From assembly GCF_001194135.2 (NCBI RefSeq), contig NC_068999.1, forward strand, positions 41,577,305 to 41,632,914: a stretch of 55,610 nucleotides of DNA, in the 5' to 3' direction. Under the pieces are notes generated by a model. That model worked only from the letters and a program-made list of their open reading frames with translations. It did no database searches and was not told where the DNA came from. Both the position numbers and the translations under genes were made by a program. Of the stretch, positions 49,562-55,610 are shown piece by piece (position 1 is the first letter of the stretch; each line of letters opens with the position of its first letter). The DNA comes from Octopus bimaculoides. Lineage: Eukaryota.

Positions 49562-49929
49562 ATCCTTACTGTCAGGTTGATTGCGTTGGCCGACATGGCG
49601 TTGCTGATCTTCCTAAACGACCCATGAACACTTCAACAACTTATTTCTTCTCGGCTTTCCAAACAGAAGGCAACCTTTCAACTCTGGAGAGGACATGGCG
49701 CAGCTGGAGTGGTGCGGATTATCTGCTGTGGAAATGTCCCGATGAGTTGAAACTCAACCGTATCACATTATACAAGAAAGTACACCAGGACACAAAATTT
49801 ACGTTCCTTGTTCTGTGCGAGTGCAGTGAAGGACTGTCACACATACATAAGGCAAAGGACTTCTTAGAGAGACTAAAAGAGAGGCGGTGTGGCTATGTCA
49901 GTCTATATCGAGTAGATCGGTTCTACTGA
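49562..49929 (+). CDS. Terminal coding exon ((D)PYCQVDCVGRHGVADLPKRPMNTSTTYFFSAFQ...RCGYVSLYRVDRFY*)
   Basis: Acceptor after a long pyrimidine tract (...atatcctcag|); phase 1; open to TGA at 49927-49929. The three exons sum to 678 coding nt (225 aa plus stop). Confidence 0.85.
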
Positions 49930-50315
49930 TTCATCGGTGCCAGGGGTGGGGGTAGGGGGGTGAAAGAAAAGAATTTGTAAGACGGACAACATGCATATAC
50001 TACCTTGAACTTTGCTCAGTTGTGCAATTTCTGTTGAGTATAATGCACCATAATTCCACACACAAATACATGCACATCTGTGCACACACACATATTTACA
50101 TATTCAAATGTTACTTTCTTCAATGAATGTGGAACAGAGTATTTAGTACCTGCTGTAAAGTATACGCTTTTTTTCAGATGAAACCTCTATGTTACAACTC
50201 AAGTTTCATACTACTGCAATCATTACAGAAGAACTAGTTTTACACCAACTGACCAGTTCTCACCTGATGATTGCTGTAGCATGAAACTCAATTTGCAGAA
50301 AAGGAACTCAGTCTA

Positions 50316-50321
50316 AATAAA
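50316..50321 (+). terminator. Candidate polyadenylation signal AATAAA for the + strand gene
   Basis: AATAAA ~390 bp downstream of the stop codon; the real 3' UTR may be longer. Confidence 0.3.
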
Positions 50322-50785
50322 CTATATATTTACATGTATATTAAATGTGTGAATGTGTGTACATACTTATGTATCCCCCCCACACACACACACATTTGTG
50401 AATTCATATATGCATATGTGTACAAATGTATAGGTATTGATATGTGTGTGAGTTTGGTAACTAAAGCATCATTTTCCTCAGACATTTTTTCACCCACACA
50501 GCTTGTGTTGTAGGGGAGATAAGTTGTTTCTTTCCATGTGTTTTCATATATATGTATATATATTTATACCACACACACAGACTACATATATACACACACG
50601 CACACACACACACTCACACATGATGACATATGCACAGATTTCATATTTTCTCCCTAATAACAAACATGTATCAAGGACTATTATGTATTTCACCCAAAAA
50701 TACATAAACATTATTCCATGTGTGTGTATATATGTCTGTGTGTGTGTGTATATATATATCTGTGTGTATGTGTGTGTATGTATAC

Positions 50786-50833
<48 letters not shown>

Positions 50834-51858
50834 CAGGAACCTCAATCCTCAAACAAAGATGTCCATTATGAGTTTAACATGTAGAGTTTAACATGTACAA
50901 ACACACACATATTTTTCCATTTTACCTATATAAATATATATANNNNNNNNNNNNNNNNNNNNNNNNNNNNNNNNNNNNNNNNNNNNNNNNNNNNNNNNNN
51001 NNNNNNNNNNNNNNNNNNNNNNNNNNNNNNNNNNNNNNNNNNNNNNNNNNNNNNNNNNNNNNNNNNNNNNNNNNNNNNNNNNNNNNNNNNNNNNNNNNNN
51101 NNNNNNNNNNNNNNNNNNNNNNNNNNNNNNNNNNNNNNNNNNNNNNNNNNNNNNNNNNNNNNNNNNNNNNNNNNNNNNNNNNNNNNNNNNNNNNNNNNNN
51201 NNNNNNNNNNNNNNNNNNNNNNNNNNNNNNNNNNNNNNNNNNNNNNNNNNNNNNNNNNNNNNNNNNNNNNNNNNNNNNNNNNNNNNNNNNNNNNNNNNNN
51301 NNNNNNNNNNNNNNNNNNNNNNNNNNNNNNNNNNNNNNNNNNNNNTATATATATATATATTGATATATTTATATATATATATATTGATATATTTATATGA
51401 ATGTCCAAGATTTCAAAGTTCTTATTTGGTGATTGAGATAAGTTTATTTTTGTTCTTAGTCTATGAGAACATGGATTCAGGCTACCAATAGACTCCAATA
51501 TTTCTTTTTTGTTTTTTATACACACGTACACGCACACACATATATTTTGCAGTGACTGTGAGTGGGTGCATGTATATATAATGTACACTAACACTCACGT
51601 ATATGCATATAAGCAACAGGAGCTGACAAAAAGTTATGATGATCTTCTTTAAATATAGCTCAACTTTTGATTACCATCATTATAATCCACATGGAACTGT
51701 GTCTCACGCCAAGAAGTGAGACAGGGCTCTCTAGGAGGGGAGTACACCTTGAGAAGTACTCCCACCTTTTGCTTTTAATTTATATTTATGATAAAAATAA
51801 TAATGACGATAATGATGATGACAATGAATATATATGTGTATATGTGTGTGTATGTATA

Positions 51859-51910
<52 letters not shown>

Positions 51911-51921
51911 AACAGGTAGTT

Positions 51922-52193
51922 GGAAAATTTTGTGGGATATTTATTCCATCATTACACATGTTTCATTAGATAATATGAATCACAAAGATTTAATAGTAAG
52001 ATTAACAAGTAAGAAATCTCCTTTTAGAAATTCTCCAGACAGAGTATCAAATAATATTATTTGATTCTCTTTCTGAAGAATTTTTAATTGGAAATATCTT
52101 ATATATTTATCTAACATGTAAAACTTCAGAATTCCTACTAGCAAATGAAACATGTGTAATAGAGGAATAAATAATGCCAAAACAAAATTTTCC
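51922..52193. mobile_element. MITE-like element with ~46-bp inverted ends; right end abuts a gap
   Basis: ggaaaattttgt..tatttattcc..attacacatgtttcatt at 51922-51967 is inverted at 52144-52193. Confidence 0.55.
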
Positions 52194-54285
52194 NNNNNNN
52201 NNNNNNNNNNNNNNNNNNNNNNNNNNNNNNNNNNNNNNNNNNNNNNNNNNNNNNNNNNNNNNNNNNNNNNNNNNNNNNNNNNNNNNNNNNNNNNNNNNNN
52301 NNNNNNNNNNNNNNNNNNNNNNNNNNNNNNNNNNNNNNNNNNNNNNNNNNNNNNNNNNNNNNNNNNNNNNNNNNNNNNNNNNNNNNNNNNNNNNNNNNNN
52401 NNNNNNNNNNNNNNNNNNNNNNNNNNNNNNNNNNNNNNNNNNNNNNNNNNNNNNNNNNNNNNNNNNNNNNNNNNNNNNNNNNNNNNNNNNNNNNNNNNNN
52501 NNNNNNNNNNNNNNNNNNNNNNNNNNNNNNNNNNNNNNNNNNNNNNNNNNNNNNNNNNNNNNNNNNNNNNNNNNNNNNNNNNNNNNNNNNNNNNNNNNNN
52601 NNNNNNNNNNNNNNNNNNNNNNNNNNNNNNNNNNNNNNNNNNNNNNNNNNNNNNNNNNNNNNNNNNNNNNNNNNNNNNNNNNNNNNNNNNNNNNNNNNNN
52701 NNNNNNNNNNNNNNNNNNNNNNNNNNNNNNNNNNNNNNNNNNNNNNNNNNNNNNNNNNNNNNNNNNNNNNNNNNNNNNNNNNNNNNNNNNNNNNNNNNNN
52801 NNNNNNNNNNNNNNNNNNNNNNNNNNNNNNNNNNNNNNNNNNNNNNNNNNNNNNNNNNNAAATTTTAAAATGAAAAAATAAAAGACTTCTAACCTTAATT
52901 TGATCTCTTAATTAAACATTAATTAAACCATCAGACATTATCCACCATCCATTCATCCTACCACCGTTACCATATAAGGTGAAAGAATTTGTAGAGGTGT
53001 GTTTGGTTTTATTTTTGGTTTTTTTTGTTGATAGTATTGTTGTTACTTGGCAGCAAATATTCCATTATTTTTCCTTTTGTTTGTTGTTTTTGTTGAGGTG
53101 TTTTGTTATTTTTTGTCTGTTTGTTACTCTTTTACTTAATAATTATTTAAAGGTGACTGTTGTTTTATAAGTGTTTATATTGCTATACTGCACTTGCCGG
53201 TGTGTATATGATGCACTCCTGTATAAGAAGCACCCCTCCCTCTTTATGGCTAAAAAAAAATTTTATGTGTTTCATCATACATACCATTAGGTGCAGGTGT
53301 GGCTGTGTGGTAAGAAGTTTGCTTCCTGACCACAGGGTCCCACTGCACAGCACCTTGGACAAGTGCTTTCTACAAACAGCTTTGGGCTGACCAAAGCCTT
53401 GTGAGTGGATTTGCTAGACAGAAACTGAAAGAAGCCCATCATATTTGTGTCTGTGTTTTTTCCCCCAACTGGGTGGCTGGTTGGTTGGTTGGCTGGTTTG
53501 TTTATGTCCCTATTATTTAGCAGTTCAGCAAAAGTCATCGATGGACTAAGTACCAGGCTTAAAATAATATTAAGTCCTGGAGTTGATTCATTTGACTACG
53601 TTAAGAGTACACGTGTCTGTGGAGTGCTCAGCCACTTGCACGTGAATTTCATGAGCAGGCTGTTCTGTTGATCGAATCATCATCATCTGACTTCCACTAT
53701 TCGGTGCTTGCATGGCTCGGACAGAATTTGTTGAAGCAGATTTCCTACAGCTGGGCACTCTTCCTGTTGCTAAACCTCACTTGTTTCCAATCAAATTATC
53801 ATCATTATCATCATCATCATCATCATCGTTGTCATCACCTTCATCTAACGTTTTTGTTCCATGCTTCCAAGCTGGCACAGGTTGAACAGTTCAACAAGAC
53901 AAGAGGACTGCAATGATCTCCATTGTCTGCTTCAGCACAGTTTCTATGGCTAGATTTCCTTCCTAATGCCAACCACTTTACAGCATGGACTGAATGGGGG
54001 TTTTTGTGTGTGTGTGTGTCTGTCACCGGCATTTGTGAGATCACCAAGTAACCTGCAAGACAAGCATAATGGTAATGTAATTCTTCAATACAGTGCTCAT
54101 ATGCAGTACTCAGTTCACTGGAAAAGGGTAAAAGAATGGACAGAATGCAGACCTATAATTCTAGTAAAGAAAGACCAGCAATGGTGGCCCAAAATAGATG
54201 CATAATATACAGGATAAAAGACAAAACGACAGAAAGAAGAAGAAAGTGTGTATAAGCATGTCCAGAATAGTGTTAGTATATGTAT

Positions 54286-54337
<52 letters not shown>

Positions 54338-55242
54338 CTTAAGAATTTAGAAACTTGAAGAGACATGAAATAAACCATTTTTAGCAATGGAACTTGAAGT
54401 TTTTTAACCCAATATTTGCAAGCTCAAAATATATGCATAGTTTGCAGGATAAAAGAGAAAACAATAGAAAATTGAACATTAAAAGAGTCCTAAAGAAGAA
54501 ACAGAGCGTAAGTGTGTCAGAAGTAATGTTAATGAATTTTGGAAAGCATGGAATTGTTGAAGGATACATTGTCTTGGCAGCCAAGAACTTATGCTGGTCA
54601 TTTATTCCATGAGTCAACAATTCTGAGCATGAGAAAAAAAATGTTTCCGAAAGTCAATGGGCATTTTTTTTTTTTTTTGTATTCTACATATATCAAGGAC
54701 TCCATTGTCCAGAGTGTCCTTCCTGTCTTAATATAATACGGTGTGATTTGAAGGAATATGGTTGCAACAAGAGCTCATACCTGAGTCTACATGCAAAAAC
54801 TAAGCCTACCTATCTCTAAGTAGGTGTCATGGGGTTCATATATCATACTGTCTACAGTGGCAGCACTATAAAATTGCTGAGGGTTTCCCCAGAACCGTCA
54901 ACACTTCTGATCCAGCAAATATTTTCACCTTCCATATCTGAACCTATTTCGTTCTTACACTGTTAATAATCAAGATATGTGTGAATATCTATAGACATAT
55001 ATATATGTGTGGATGTCTCTTTGTAAATATACAGGTGTATATGTGTGTGTGCTGTCTGTACTTATGCTTGCATTTGTCAGACACAGCTGTGTAAGTGTCT
55101 TTACATTTCTTTAACTTTTTGTTTTTCTTCACAAGTCATCCTGACCTCTCAGAAATCCAACATAAATTTCAAATCAGATTTCATTATTGATAATAATAAT
55201 GATAACAATAATCATATATATACATATATATATATTATGATT

Positions 55243-55430
55243 GACCGTTGACTGAACACTATTCAATTTTTTTTCTCCGTGTTTTTCTCCTTGTCTCCGT
55301 ATTCTTTCTGTTGAAGAGCGTAGCTCGAAACGTCAAAGACTTTCCATATTCCCGAGCGTCATACTAATACATACTTTTGTTATTTACACCACCTGTCCTC
55401 GTCTGTTGTTATTATTTGTATATTCTCCCA
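55243..55430 (+). mobile_element. ~190-bp Penelope pseudo-LTR-like repeat (family F1)
   Basis: Collinear with 10017-10202 (-) and 21847-21970 (+); contains the hammerhead-like motif; flanked by (TA)n. Confidence 0.65.
55303..55339 (+). ncRNA. Minimal type-I hammerhead-like motif, Penelope-type variant with core CUGUUGA
   Basis: UCUUU-CUGUUGA-A-GAGC(gua)GCUC-GAAAC-GUC-AAAGA; stems I and II pair and stem III is the palindrome ACGU. Confidence 0.65.
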
Positions 55431-55575
55431 TATATATATATATATATATGTACATGTATATTCATCTTCATCGTTATTTCAGCTCTAATTTGTGTATTTT
55501 TTAATATATTGTTTCGTTTTCTTAATTATAACATGTCAAACAACACATGAGATAATGTGTGTGTATATGTATATA

Positions 55576-55610
<35 letters not shown>

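Overview
Repeat-dense metazoan genomic DNA with about 5 kb of N-gaps. The tRNA-derived CORE-type SINEs, RTE-type (GAT)n-tailed repeats and extreme microsatellite load suggest an octopus genome (inference). One protein-coding gene is supported on the + strand, with three coding exons (34831-35001, 48192-48335, 49562-49929) that splice in frame to a 225-aa uncharacterised protein with two tandem alpha/beta repeats; its 5' end is unresolved. There is also an intronless, frameshifted RPS19 processed pseudogene (~20262-20780). The rest is mostly transposon debris: modular SINEs, RTE/CR1 LINE relics, a mariner relic and MITEs. The most notable structures are (1) ~190-bp Penelope-terminus-like repeats carrying minimal hammerhead-ribozyme motifs, (2) a three-layer nested foldback/Merlin-like/TTAGGG-containing MITE complex at 12.4-14.8 kb, (3) a SINE head joined through a microsatellite hinge to two alternative tails, and (4) retroposon fragments inserted repeatedly inside (TA)n tracts. 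No rRNA, true tRNA or CRISPR array is supported, and almost all supplied ORFs are microsatellite or gap artefacts. All alignments were done by eye, and family names come from recalled knowledge, not database searches.
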